A DNA stretch of 63,754 nucleotides, the filler included, from Octopus bimaculoides (taxonomy: Eukaryota): assembly GCF_001194135.2 (NCBI RefSeq). It is 11 parts of 11 records of this genome, joined end to end, with 100 filler letters (N's around TTAATTAATTAA, not from the genome) between each part and the next. Parts side by side here need not be neighbours in the genome. Positions count along the whole stretch, not along the records: positions 18,805 to 28,431 come from NC_068988.1; positions 28,532 to 42,134 come from NC_068981.1; 9 more parts are not named here. One strand, written 5' to 3'. A model generated the notes under the pieces. The model made no database searches. It saw only the letters and a program-made list of their open reading frames with translations, and was not told the origin of the DNA. Below, one piece after another: positions 25,981-38,086 of this stretch. Position numbers and translations under genes: made by a program. Positions within the stretch are counted from its first letter, which is position 1; the number at the start of each line of letters is the position of its first letter.

Positions 25981-26971
25981 AATACTGCTGTCTTTAACTG
26001 CTTTTGTTAACATATTTCTGTTGAAATTTATGGCCTTTGCGAAAAGATACAGAATTCAATAAAACTGCTTAGTCCTAATAAACATGGCCGTTGCCAGATT
26101 TCACAATAATCTTGCTTATTGTTATCGGGGGTGGAGATGGCTGTCTGCTGGGACCACGAGAAATGTTTCTATGTTGTGACGTCCCAAACACTAACTACCT
26201 ACCCAAGAATTCAACCTGAATCGCTGTCGTTCAGATGTAAAAATAACTATGAACTCCAAAACAGAAGTTTTTCTGACATTTGAGACATAAATTAAATTTG
26301 AAATAATCCCAAAATTATCAAAGATTTAATTTAAATCTCTTTAAAACAGAAAGTTTGTATACAGAATCTGTAGGGAAGATGATCAGACAGGTAAAAATGG
26401 TGAAAACGATTTTTAAAAAATTGTATTTCTAATTATCAAATAAGTAAAGGCATCACTGTAGTTACGAAGCCTTCTTTGTAATCATGTGGGTTTAGTTTCA
26501 ATCCCACTGTGCACCAAGTTGGGCAACTTTATTCTTTTATAGTCCTGGACCAATCGATGCCTTGTGATTAAATTTGGTCAGTGGAAACTATGTGGAAGCC
26601 TTTCATATGTGTGTGCTTGTGTTTCTCCCTCACTGCCACTTGTCAACCGATGTTGGTTTGTTAACGTCCCTGTAACTTAGCAGTTTGGCAAAAGAGACCG
26701 ATAGAATAAGTAGCGGACTTAGGAAAATGAGTACTGGGGTTGATCTCTCCCAACAAAAACCTTTGAAGGCATTGCTCCAGCATGGTCACAGTCTAATGAC
26801 TGAAACAAGTAAAGGAAAGATAAAAGATGTGTTGATATTAAGGTGTTGCTGACAAAACAAAACTCAAAGAGAATGGTGCTCTCTTGTAAAATAGATTTGG
26901 TCAACAAGGAAATAAAAAACAAACAAATGGTGACAATGTGATGGTTTGTGAATAGATATTATTATTATTAT

Positions 26972-27131
26972 TAGGCACAGGCATGGCTGTGTGGTAAGTA
27001 GCTTGCTTACCAACCCACATGGGTCCAGGTTCAGTCTCACTGCGTGGCACCTTGGGCAAGTGTCTTCTACAATAGCCTCGGGCCAACCAAAGCCTTGTGA
27101 GTGGATTTGGTAGACGGAAAGTGAAAGAAGC

Positions 27132-27176
<45 letters not shown>

Positions 27177-27390
27177 ATGTATATATTTGTGCATCTGTCC
27201 CTCCCACCACCATTGCTTGACAACTGGTATTGGTGTGTTTACATCCTCAAAACTTAGTGGTTCAGCAAAACAGACCGATAGAATGAGTACTAGGCTTACA
27301 AAGAATAAGTCCTGGGGTCGATCTGTTCAACTAAAGGTGGTGCTCCAGCATGGCCGCAGTCAAATGACTGAAACAAATAAGAGAATTATT
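26972..27390 (+). mobile_element. Full-length SINE family B
   Basis: Collinear with the other copies. An older copy lies at about 26440-26820 and a 5' half at about 28045-28190. Confidence 0.88.
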
Positions 27391-28194
27391 ATTTAGATGT
27401 AATTTACATCATCGTTAACATTGATTTTGCATAATAGAACCAGAAACACATAGATTTTTTTAAGTATTAAATGTCAAGTAGAATATTATTTCTATAGCAA
27501 CTGATAATTGGTGAGGACTTTTGATATCAGGGTATGGACTTTAGAAGCACCGATTCTTTATCCAAGAATAGCTGACGGTTTTGAGAAAATGTCAAAGTAC
27601 CATTTGAAATGTTTATCTCAAAAATACCCCCCCCCCCACACCCTACTTTGTCAGATTGTCAACTTCCCTAAGTGTCTTATCAGATAGTTTTTAATGTTTT
27701 AACCACTTAAACGGTTTGAAAGAGAAACTACGCAATCGAATATCTGTGTGACAGCTCAGCTAACTATTTAGTCAGTTTTTCTATCTCTCTTCTAAACCAC
27801 CATCTCTGTGGATGTACATGTATGCATGCATTTATGTACACATACATACACACACACGTGTATGTATACATGGATATGCATGTGTATGTATGCCTATACA
27901 TGTATGTATACATGTCAAAATATATGTGTATTTGGGGTAAAAACCTCATAGATACAGTACGTTGTCTTAACAACAATTGTTATTGTAACCTGGTTGGATC
28001 TTACATTCTCAAATCAGAATATCCAAAACAAACATAAGCATGACTGTAGTACGAAGCTTGCTTCCCAACCACATGGTTCCAGGTTCAGTCCCACTGCGTG
28101 GCACCCTGGGCAAGTGTCTTCTAGTATAGCCTTAGGCCTACCAAAGTCTTGAGTGGGTTTGGTAGACGGAAACTTGAAGAAACCCATCGTACAT

Positions 28195-28431
28195 CATCAT
28201 CATCATCATCGTTTAACGTCCGCTTTCCATGCTAGCATGGGTTGGACGATTTGACTGAGGACTGGTGAAACCGGATGGCAACACCAGGCTCCAGTCTGAT
28301 TTGGCAGAGTTTCTACAGCTGGATGCCCTTCCTAACGCCAACCACTCAGAGAGTGTAGTGGGTGCTTTTACGTGTCACCCGCACGAAAACGGCCACGCTC
28401 GAAATGGTGTCTTTTATGTGCCACCCGCACA
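28195..28431 (-). mobile_element. Family C element with (CAT)n tail
   Basis: (CAT)n then tttaacgtccgctttccatgctagc...ggatgcccttcctaacgccaacc; runs into a linker. Confidence 0.7.
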
Positions 28432-28539
28432 NNNNNNNNNNNNNNNNNNNNNNNNNNNNNNNNNNNNNNNNNNNNTTAATTAATTAANNNNNNNNNNNNN
28501 NNNNNNNNNNNNNNNNNNNNNNNNNNNNNNNACAGTTTG

Positions 28540-28804
28540 TGTTATATGGACTGTTAGATATGTAATTCGTCTGACGTTCCGTGTGTCATGTGGTTCGTCT
28601 GAGTTCATTGTTTCATTGTTGTTGTCTTGTGGGACTGTCGTAGTAAAATGTCATTGATATATATATGGCGGACATGACTTTTGTTTATTCATAACGAACA
28701 TTGGGTGAGTGCGTTCTTTGTATGTAATTGAACAATAAATGTAATAATTAAATTGTATAACTCGTTATGTTATCTCTGCGAGTCAGTCCGAGGGAAACAT
28801 AACA
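28540..28804 (+). mobile_element. Solo LTR
   Basis: 265 bp with TGTTAT...ATAACA termini, 5-bp direct repeat GTTTG on both sides (28535-39, 28805-09), a TATA-like run and AATAAA. Confidence 0.75.
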
Positions 28805-29511
28805 GTTTGGGGGAAACTTGGTTTACATGACATCTATGTCATGTCTTACAGCCTTTACAGTATTCACAAAGCATTGAACAGCAGTCATGACATTGGCACT
28901 TTGATATCTGGTGCAAATCATCATGATACAGTTAACTCTTTTCCAATATTCAGATGACTTCCAATCTTCCATGTCAGCTAACTTCTCAACTATAACTAAT
29001 CTTTATGCTCTCCAGTGCTGTTCACCAATACATCAAGCTGTTTCTGAAAAAGGAGACATAAATCAATGTCAAATTTATCCCAAACTCTCTGTAATGCATC
29101 AATGGCATTCCTAATGCCTCATTTCTTAAAAGACTTCACAATTATTTCAGTTCTCAACATTACCCCAAGATGTTCCACTTACATACTTCTGCAAAGGTGG
29201 ACTGCTTCATTCTTCCTATGGTTATGAGCTCATGATGTGGATCTCCCCTCCAATTGTTCCATCAACTCTTTCCAACAGTAAAGATGGCCAATTTGAGTGT
29301 TGGAGATATTTCTTTGCAGTTTTAATCTTTCCCATATTAATGTTTTATCATTACTGGTATTTGCTTTCAGTTATGTCCCTTTCTAAGTGGTTTCCAATTG
29401 ATTATTTGTAGGTGTGTGTGTTTAAGTATATTTAGTCTTAATTGATCAGCTGGTACTGGCGAACATTACAGGTCATTCTTTTATAATACAAATAATAACA
29501 ACAATGTTTAA

Positions 29512-29730
29512 CCTTTTAGTATTCAGATTATTCTGCCAAATGTAATGTTTGTTATTTATATAGTTCTGAATTAACCATGTGTTATCTTGTAGTTTAGAGA
29601 TTTCAGTGATGTGACTGTTTAGTTTTAGAATGACATTATAGGGTCGAGGTGAGAGGCCAGATCTAACCAGTCTGAACATAAAACAAGTTAAATATTTTGG
29701 TCAGATATGACTGGTTTGAATTCTAAAGGG
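29512..29730. mobile_element. piggyBac-type MITE
   Basis: TTAA on both flanks (29508-11, 29731-34); TIRs CCTTTTAGTATTC / GAATTCTAAAGGG (11/13 match). Confidence 0.8.
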
Positions 29731-29897
29731 TTAAGTAAATATTATTATTATTATGGAGTCAAGCTGGGGTAGAGGACACTGTCTGGCTTAAAATTAGCCT
29801 ATTATAGTAAGCGTCCAAGGACAAAATTACCTTATAGGAGGCCCAACTTCGCATATAAGATCTGGGGTGATATTTTGAGCCATTAAAAACAAAAATG

Positions 29898-30173
29898 TGT
29901 CTCATATGCCATCAAATAAGTTAATTAATGAATTATGAAGGAAATGACAAGATACTATCACTGGGTCGGGGGGAAACATTTATGGTTGGTACTGTATCAC
30001 AAAAGGAATTTCCACAGCACAAAAATAATAGCAAAGGAAATTGCTTCTTCAAATTATAAACAAAACGCAGGCTCTCAGAAGTCACTGATTCTACACAAGG
30101 TTTCTGTCGAATTTCAGTGATGTGTAATTATTAATATTTTACATTAATTCATGGGTGTCTGACATATGAGACA
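29898..30173. mobile_element. Possible MITE
   Basis: Inverted termini TGTCTCATATG / CATATGAGACA; TSD not clearly intact. Confidence 0.4.
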
Positions 30174-30988
30174 TAGTTCGATCCCCAGCAACTATTTCTT
30201 GCTGCATTTGTCTTAGATTTTGAAAGAATTATTAGCATAATTCAACCAGAAATTACTCAGGGACACTTGTTTCTATAATAATATCAATGGAAATATTCCT
30301 TCGGTTACATTGCTTTCGAGGACATCTTAACAGATATAAACTTAGACTAGGTGCACCAGAAAACTAAATTGTTTTTTTCTTTGCTGAATTCCCAGACTCA
30401 GTTGAAGACCAAATACTCACTTTGCTTATTAACTTCATCTCACTGTCAGTATTCAATCATAATTGCAGACTATATTGACTACATTACTACAATATTTATC
30501 CTTGATTTCATCTTCATTAAACAGCAGAATACAATATTTTTCAGATTCCAATTGCAGTCACAAAAAGAACAGCCAAATAAATACATTGAATTGTATGATT
30601 CAGTTATATAAATCCTCCTCAGACATTGTACAGCTGAAACTGCAACTGCTGACATATATTGAGAGGAATGCATTTGAAATCCATTTCCTTTTTACAAAGG
30701 CTCCTTGAGAACATTCAATTGACTTTGAAACAGGTAATTGTCTAAGCTTGTTCTCTGGAAGCTGCTCAAAGAAATCATGGATATACCTGCTATCTTGCCC
30801 CCGTCTTAATGCACTAGCTGAAACCTAAATTTTCAGATTTCCTGCATTCTATTTCCAATAATAAATTATATATAAAATTGCATTTGAAAGTAGCATGCTG
30901 TTTTAATTCACTCCACAATGATGATAACAAAAACACTATATTTTAAGCTGATAGACATATATTCTAATTTCAAGGTTAATCTTAAGGG

Positions 30989-33272
30989 CAGTGATCCCCA
31001 ACGTGGTTCCTGGGGTCCACCGGTGGTCCCCACAGAATTTCTAGTGGCCCCCAGAGAATTTGTAGCCATAAAATAATAAACCATTTCAGATCTACACAAT
31101 ATTGTTCGATAATAAAGACACTGTTAATAATAATCTATATGAAGACAGAATAATAATAAGAAAACAAAATTCAATAATTATTCCATAAGAATCAATAATG
31201 TATAATATATAATCAATAATATATTACAATCAAGAATTACATAATTTAAATTTTACAATCACAACAGTTTTATAATAAATTTGATATTTTAAATAGATCA
31301 CTACACAATATTGTTTAATAATAAATGTGATACTTTTAATTTATAGAAATAAAGCATTTATTATTTTTATTTTCTTTAAGATCAGTTGTAATAATGTCTG
31401 AACCAACTGCTAAAAAGGCAAAACTGAGGAACTACAAAGATTTTATCATGTTTGGTTTTGTATCTGTAGATTCAAAACCTATGTGTCTTGAATGTGATGC
31501 CATCATGACAAATCATTCTATGAAGAAAGTTAAGCTGGAACAGCACCAGAAATTAAGGCATCTATCATCTATTGGTAAAAGTAGGGAATATTTTGAGAAT
31601 AAAAAGAAAATACAGCCAATCAAACAACCCGACTTTGTAAAGAAGATAAATACTGAAAAAGCAAAGACACTCAAACCAAGTTATTTGGTCTCTGAAATTA
31701 TTGCCAAGGTTGCAGAACCTCAAATTTATGGTGAGAAACTTGTCAAGCCTGTTATGATAGCTTGTGCAAATGAGGTTCTGGGAAAAGATGCAGCATCTAC
31801 TCTGAGTACAATTCCACTTTCAAATAACATAATTACAAGAAGACAAGATGAAATGTCTAATTTTGCTGAGGAGAAGATTGTGGAAATTCTCCAAAAGACA
31901 AATCTTTCTATCCAGGTGGATGATAGCACAATTCATAACCAAGCTATCCTTCTGGTCTATGTCAGATTCATCCATGAAGATGATATAAGGGAAGAAATGT
32001 TTCATTAAAAGTTTGTCTGAAACTACTAATGGAGAAGATATATTCAATGAAGTAATGCAGTATTTTAATGATAAAAATATTCCATTGACTAATTTGATAA
32101 ACATTGCATCAGATGGAGGTGCAGCCATGGTTGGAAAAGTGAAAGGCTTTGTTTCTAGAATGAAATCAGTTGCTCCTCACATTTTTTAATATGCATTGCA
32201 TTATCCACAGACAGCATTTGATTGCTAACAATATTGGAGGACACATGTAAGAGGCACTCAACACTGCCATCATGTTCAAGAGTCAGATGACTCATTACAA
32301 CTCCAAGAAGCAAGCTGATACAGCTAAGAAAATTTTGGAAAGACTTTCTGAGTTTAAATCAAAAATATTCTACTTGAGTGATATTTTTAAAACAGTGAAT
32401 TTGCTTAACTTAGAGCTGCAAGGTAGAAAATTAGATTTGGTCCCATGTTCTCAGAAGATAAAAGGGAAATATATATGGGGAAATTAAAATTTTGGGAAAA
32501 ATAGTTTGAAAAAAAAATTTGGCATCATTTCAAAATTTTAACACCACTGTTCCTACATTAGAAAGCATTGCTGCATGCATTGCCCATCTTGAAGGTCTTC
32601 ATGGAGAGTTTGAAAGAAGATACAATGATTTATTAAAGATGGACTATCCAATCTGGTATGTAGACCTAGAAAATTATGAGCCAAGAGATGAAAATTTTGA
32701 GTTGGCTGAAATGTTGTTGGATTTGAAAGAGAATATGAAACTGAGAAGAAGAGTTGAAAAAGAAGGTGTCTTTGCCTACATATTGATAAAGGAATCACAT
32801 CCAAATATTTTTCGACATGTAGAAGCAAGCATCATTTCTTTCCCTACCATATGGATGGTGGAATCTGCATTTTCAGCTGTTGTAGATATTTTAAGTAGAA
32901 AAGGAAATAAATTAGATGTCAACAGCAGAGTAACTATCAGACTAAGACTAAATGAGTTCATTAAAATTGATTATGATATCTTTTGTCAGAAACACCAATA
33001 TCAAGCTAATCACTAGCTGAATGGTCTAAAAATGAATGACTTTATGAAAAATGATTTTGATATCTTGTGTTTATCTTTGTTTACTAAAATAAATTTTGAA
33101 TTTTATCTTTTGTTTGCTAAAATAAATTTTAAAGTGTAAATAGGCTATTTTGTCTTTTCATTAAGTATTTTAGTGTGAAAATAGAACAGCATAAAGTAAA
33201 AGTAGAAGTGGTCTCTAGAAATTTTTTCAAGTAAAAAATGGTCCCTGGGCTGAAAAAGGTTGGGAACCACTG
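30989..33272 (+). mobile_element. hAT transposon, Buster/Charlie type, full length
   Basis: 14-bp TIRs CAGTGATCCCCAAC / GTTGGGAACCACTG (12/14). 8-bp TSD CTTAAGGG / CTTTAGGG with a central TA on the right copy. GGTCC(C)-type subterminal motifs. Confidence 0.93.
31394..33016 (+). pseudogene. Disrupted hAT (Buster/ZBED8-like) transposase
   Basis: BED finger CLECD...HQKLRH, IQVDDST, IASDGGAAM, HCIIHRQHL-like motif and C-terminal VESAFS, split over several frames by stops and frameshifts. Confidence 0.92.
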
Positions 33273-35409
33273 CTTTAGGGGATAATATGGTAAATGCTTT
33301 TCAAAATGTGATGGTTAGCATAATTTCTGACAGTCATATCAAAGATGTAAAACACCTATCACAACGATGTTATTGTTGGTAATAATATTCGGGAATGTAA
33401 TGGGAATTTGGCTGTTTATTTCATTTACTAAGAGACTGAACATTTCACTGACGATGAAAAGTGTTCTCACCAAATATCCATTTATTAGCAAAGATACAAA
33501 ATAGAAAGTAATTCTCTGCAAACTGACTCGGAAACACCGAAACACCCCGTTAATTACCCAAAGTCCAGCAGTGCTACACATCTACAATGACAACTCGGTT
33601 TGTTTACTTCTCTAGATGACTATCTCTTTTGTTAGAAATAATAAAGCTTCTACTAAATTCTACTCTATTACTCTATTGTACAAATGATAAAGATACAATT
33701 CATTTGCCCGTAACTTTATTTCTTAACGTCTTCCTCTCACTTATGCTACCCGAAGTCATACTACACGTTGAAGCATGCTTCTGGAATGAACGTGTCGTGA
33801 GCTAGTATCTTTTGTTTGCATGGTTCGTCGTGAGAAAAATTGATGCTGTAACCTTTTTAACTGAATGTGAGATCATGCTGGCTGCGTGAAATATAACAAA
33901 AGCGAACTTGTGAACGTTCAACAACATATATTATTGACAGTAAATTATGCATACATCACACATAAGTCACCACAAATTCATTGGTTATCAGAATAAGTAG
34001 GAATATTCTTTACTGCGTTGGCTTAGCCATTAGGTATTTGGAAATGTGAAAAACGAAGATATTGGCGCACCGTAAATTGTTAAAGATGGGGAAGAGAGTT
34101 GCAAGCTCTCTTGATTGAGTACCAGCAGCAGTCTGCCAATGAAAAGATCCCGAAATTATATTGAACAAAGCACTTCACCCAAATCTAATCTCTTCAATTG
34201 TATAGTTCTGTGGAACTTCTTTCCTATACACCTTTTCGTTAAGAATATCAAACAGTAACCTGATCAAAAAGTCTTATTCAAATTACTCAGCTGTCATAAA
34301 AATATAAAACTTGACTACCCAGGAAAATGGAGTTCTGTATATGCTATACCTCAAAAATATTGATGAAAATAAAATAATTTTTCTTCGGAACGTTGAAGCA
34401 GATAAGCTATAAATAATAGTGCGTAAATATGTCAAAAGATGATTGCAGTTTGTGTATCGGTATGCTCGATGAGAGCTGACCTGGGGTTAAATAGCAACAG
34501 CAACTACAATCTGTAAGTTTAACCTGTGCATCGTCCGCATCAAAATCAACAGCCTCAAAGAAGCTCCTATATTGACTTTCAGAATGAAACTTTTTCTTCA
34601 GATTAAAATGCTAAAAACATTACAGTACGAGAAATACTACTGAAATCAATGCTTTTCGAAAGTGACGAAGAGTTATTCCCCTTGGAATTTCAAACGCATT
34701 TTATCTGATGGGAATATACGCCGGATGGGTTCATTAGCACCTATTATTGAAGGTAATGAGCTGGTGGAATCGTTAATGTGCTGAAAATTTTTTTTTTTAA
34801 TTAAAGAAAGAAAAAGCGTTTAGTGGAATTTCATTTGGCTCCTTACGTTCTGAGTTCAAATTGCGCTGAGGTAGAATTTGCTTTTCGCACTGGAGTTAAG
34901 GTAATCGGCTTACTCCTCCCGCTAAAATTGCTAGTCTTAATGCTAAGCCACATTTCTATTTCGTTGAATTTCATTATATCTAGCAATAATAAAAAGGAAA
35001 TATGCTCTTTTTTTCGATCAGTAAAATCAGTACAAAGCAAAATATGCACATAGGTAAGGGACATAACTCTTTGCTACCTTCAAATGAATGTTTAGTAGCA
35101 TATATTTTAGCTGTTTCTGTTACGTGATTACATCCATGCTGGGGCACAAGCTTGAAGATTTTAGTTGGGTGGGGAATCGCCCCATTACTTCTTTTTAAAG
35201 CCTGGTACTTATTCTATCGTTTTCTTTTGTGGAATCACTAAGTTACAGGGACATAAACAAACCAACTCCAGTTATCAAGTGATTAAAACGCCGACAACAC
35301 GATTGCTCAATGCTGTGTGAAAACTGTAAAGGCTAAAAGACGTGACACGGACAGCTGTAATGTAAACTACAAAGGGACACAGCAGGATACAATCCACTCT
35401 CTCTCTCTA

Positions 35410-35440
<31 letters not shown>

Positions 35441-36030
35441 GTGTGTGTGTGTGTGTGGCCAAGATTATAGTAGAAGACACTATGTGACTGAAAAGCAAAT
35501 TTCTTACCACACAGCTCCGCAAGGTTTTGTAGGTAGTCGGATAGCTTTCTCCTTTCTTCTTTATCAAGTCTGCTATAATTTTTGTCCACGTAGCATCAAT
35601 ATCATATTGACAAATAAAACGACATTACAGCAATTTCGTGATGAAGATAAATATCTTTTAATGAATGGTTGAAATAATTCCACAACACTTTTCATACTCG
35701 TTTATTCTAACCGTTTAACAGTTTCGGGTAATTCGCAGGGTTGAAATATTTCAGGGGAAATAACTCTGCTTCTCATAAATATTGGTAATTTCTTTAATAA
35801 TCTAATTTTGATTGATTAATATATACTCACTAATAAAGACTGCAAACTGGCAGAATCCTTAGCACGCCAGACAAAATGTTTAGCGGCATTCCGTTCATCT
35901 TTGCTTTCTGAGTTCAAATTCCGCCGAGGCCGAGTTTGCCTGTCATGCTTCCAGGGTCGAGTACTAGGGTTGATGTAATCTACTTACCTCCTCCTTATTG
36001 CTGGCGTTATGCTAAAATTTGAAATCGACA

Positions 36031-36323
36031 TATACTCAGCAATACGCTGAACCGCAAGAGAAAGGCGATTTTTTTGAATGTCATTTTTATATGGTAAATT
36101 CTCAAAATTTATTTCGGGTATGTAAGTGTAAATATTCCAAGGTTTATGGCTAAGACCCAAATTGCAGGTAACCTTTCAACTTACTTTGAAACGAGACGCC
36201 AAAACGCAGCCGCGTTGAATGGCGTGGGTGGCAGTCAAAAGCAACTGTCGTGAAAATCGAAATGCACGTGCATCTCGTATAAGTTACGGGTATAAAAAAT
36301 CAACTTGATCCGCGTTCCTGGTG
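36031..36323 (+). mobile_element. Probable 5' end and leader of the Tc1 element whose ORF starts at 39884
   Basis: TATACTCAGCAA/TACGCTGAAC resembles Tc1-type termini. Palindrome ATGCACGTGCAT, TATAAAA at 36291. The matching right TIR is not present, so this is inferred. Confidence 0.45.
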
Positions 36324-38086
36324 TTCGAAATTTGGCCATTCGTTCCCCTCACTTTTTTGGTGTCGGACGTGGTTATTTAAGGTTTGATAGGCTTCGTAGC
36401 TTCTTGTTTTACGTGTGTTTGAACACCTTGTTTCTTCCGCGCGAGCGGGACTGTTGTCGTTGTTCCCCTTTGCTTGGTGGGGTGGAGCGTGTGATTGAAA
36501 AATGAGCTGTAACGAAATTAGCTCTTCCGACATAGATTCGTCGGAGGGTGAGCTAGAGAAGTGTGTAAATAGTATGGAGGAGGGACCGAGGAAGAGAGAA
36601 GCAAATGAAAAGAAGAGTTTTACGGATGCAACCGAAACGAAAAGGAAAGAGTTAAAAATCGAAATGTAGGAGTTGAAAAAGTATGGAAATATGTTACTAA
36701 GGGAGGGATATGAAATAAGACTGACTCCTCCCGGCGAAGTGGCTCAGAACGTAGAGAAAAAAACCCCAGTGATATTTAAAACGTTCATCACAAAGGAGAA
36801 ATCCATTAACGTAGCAGAGAGAAAAGGAATTGAGAAGTGTTTGGCATCCATCTGGTCGGATATAATATACCTAGCCAGGTGCGCCAAAATTTTCCACCGT
36901 CGAGGTGCGTCTTTCCACAGAGGAGAAGGCCAAGCAACACTCTGTGGCCTCAGTATCAACAGATGAAATAATCCTCCTATCCTCTTACCTTGGAAGACGT
37001 GCCTACAGGATGAGGATGGAGGAAATACCACCAGAGGTGGATGTTGGCTGGTTGGTAGCGGCGATAGTGTTGGGCCTGCAGGAGAAAGTGACAATCTTCC
37101 ATGCCATTAGAAATTGGATAGGGCGAGAAACTGGACATCCAGGCTGCCCCAGATACCCTGGATAATATTGTGGATACCATCATGGTAGGAAAAAGAAAGT
37201 TGAGGGTAATTGTAGAGGGCAGGAGGCCGAGGTGTTTCAAGTGTGGCCAGATTGGCCACATAAGAGCCGAATGCCCTCCCCTCCTGCAAAAGTACAAAAA
37301 GTAACTCCAGCTGGCCACCTTCACTCATCGTGACATCAAAGGTGGAAGAAGATCGCAGCAAGGAACCGGGTGAACAGGTGGGAACAATAGAGAAGCGGAC
37401 GGAGGCGACCAAAAGGAGAAACAGGAAGAAAAGGAAAAAGAACTTCACAAGTGATTATGAACCCCAACCCAATCCTAACCTGCCCCACTCCACCCCAACT
37501 CGCCCCCCGCAAGCACCAGCTCTCGCCCTACCCCACCCAACACCGACCCCGACCATGCCTCTACACAAACGCATACAATCATGCCAGAACCCAAAACTCC
37601 CCAGCCCNNNNNNNNNNNNNNNNNNNNNNNNNNGAAGTACCTTATGTTGTGTTACAAGCGTGATAAACAGATGATGATGGGGTTGGACAACGCAAAGGAC
37701 GCTGTAGAGATGGAGTTGCATGACCACTACTCTGGAATGAGAGGTTCGATTACAAGAGAAGTATGAGGCCGATTTTAAAAGAAAATGTATGGCACTTGTT
37801 AAACGAGTGGATACAACTGGTATGAATTAAAGTGAAATTGTAAGTATAAAAGGCTTGTGTAAAAGAGAATATAAAAACTTGTTAATGTGTAAAATAATAA
37901 TTGTGTAAAAAAAAAAGACTCAACGGGATTGTTCGGGATGCGAGGTTTCGAGTGGCTGCCGTTCCATCCTTTCATGTAATTTCTTTGCATTTCTCATTCG
38001 TTTTCTTCCCCCCTCCCATATATGTGTTTGTCCTTGTGCTGTCCTCTCTATATCAAGCCTTTATGGCCATAATAAAATCAAATTAA
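36324..38086 (+). mobile_element. ORF1-only non-LTR retroelement (HAL1/Tx1-like), copy 1
   Basis: Disrupted ORF about 36502-37766 (TAG at 36667, two frameshifts). RRM-like FSTVEVRLSTEEKA, then VIVEGRRPRCFKCGQIGHIRAECP (CCHC 37233-37274) and a Pro-rich segment. 3' UTR with AATAAA at 38071. No endonuclease or RT seen. Confidence 0.75.

Noticed and set aside
33448-33470. CTGACGA-t-GAAA minimal hammerhead
   Set aside because: No stem I complement after the putative cleavage site.
36358-36378. TGGTGTCGGACGTGG resembling a tRNA-Leu primer-binding site (would imply a gag-only LTR element)
   Set aside because: No adjacent LTR or terminal repeat pair, copy 2 keeps only TGGTGTCG, and the ORF and 3' end look non-LTR. 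Not fully excluded.
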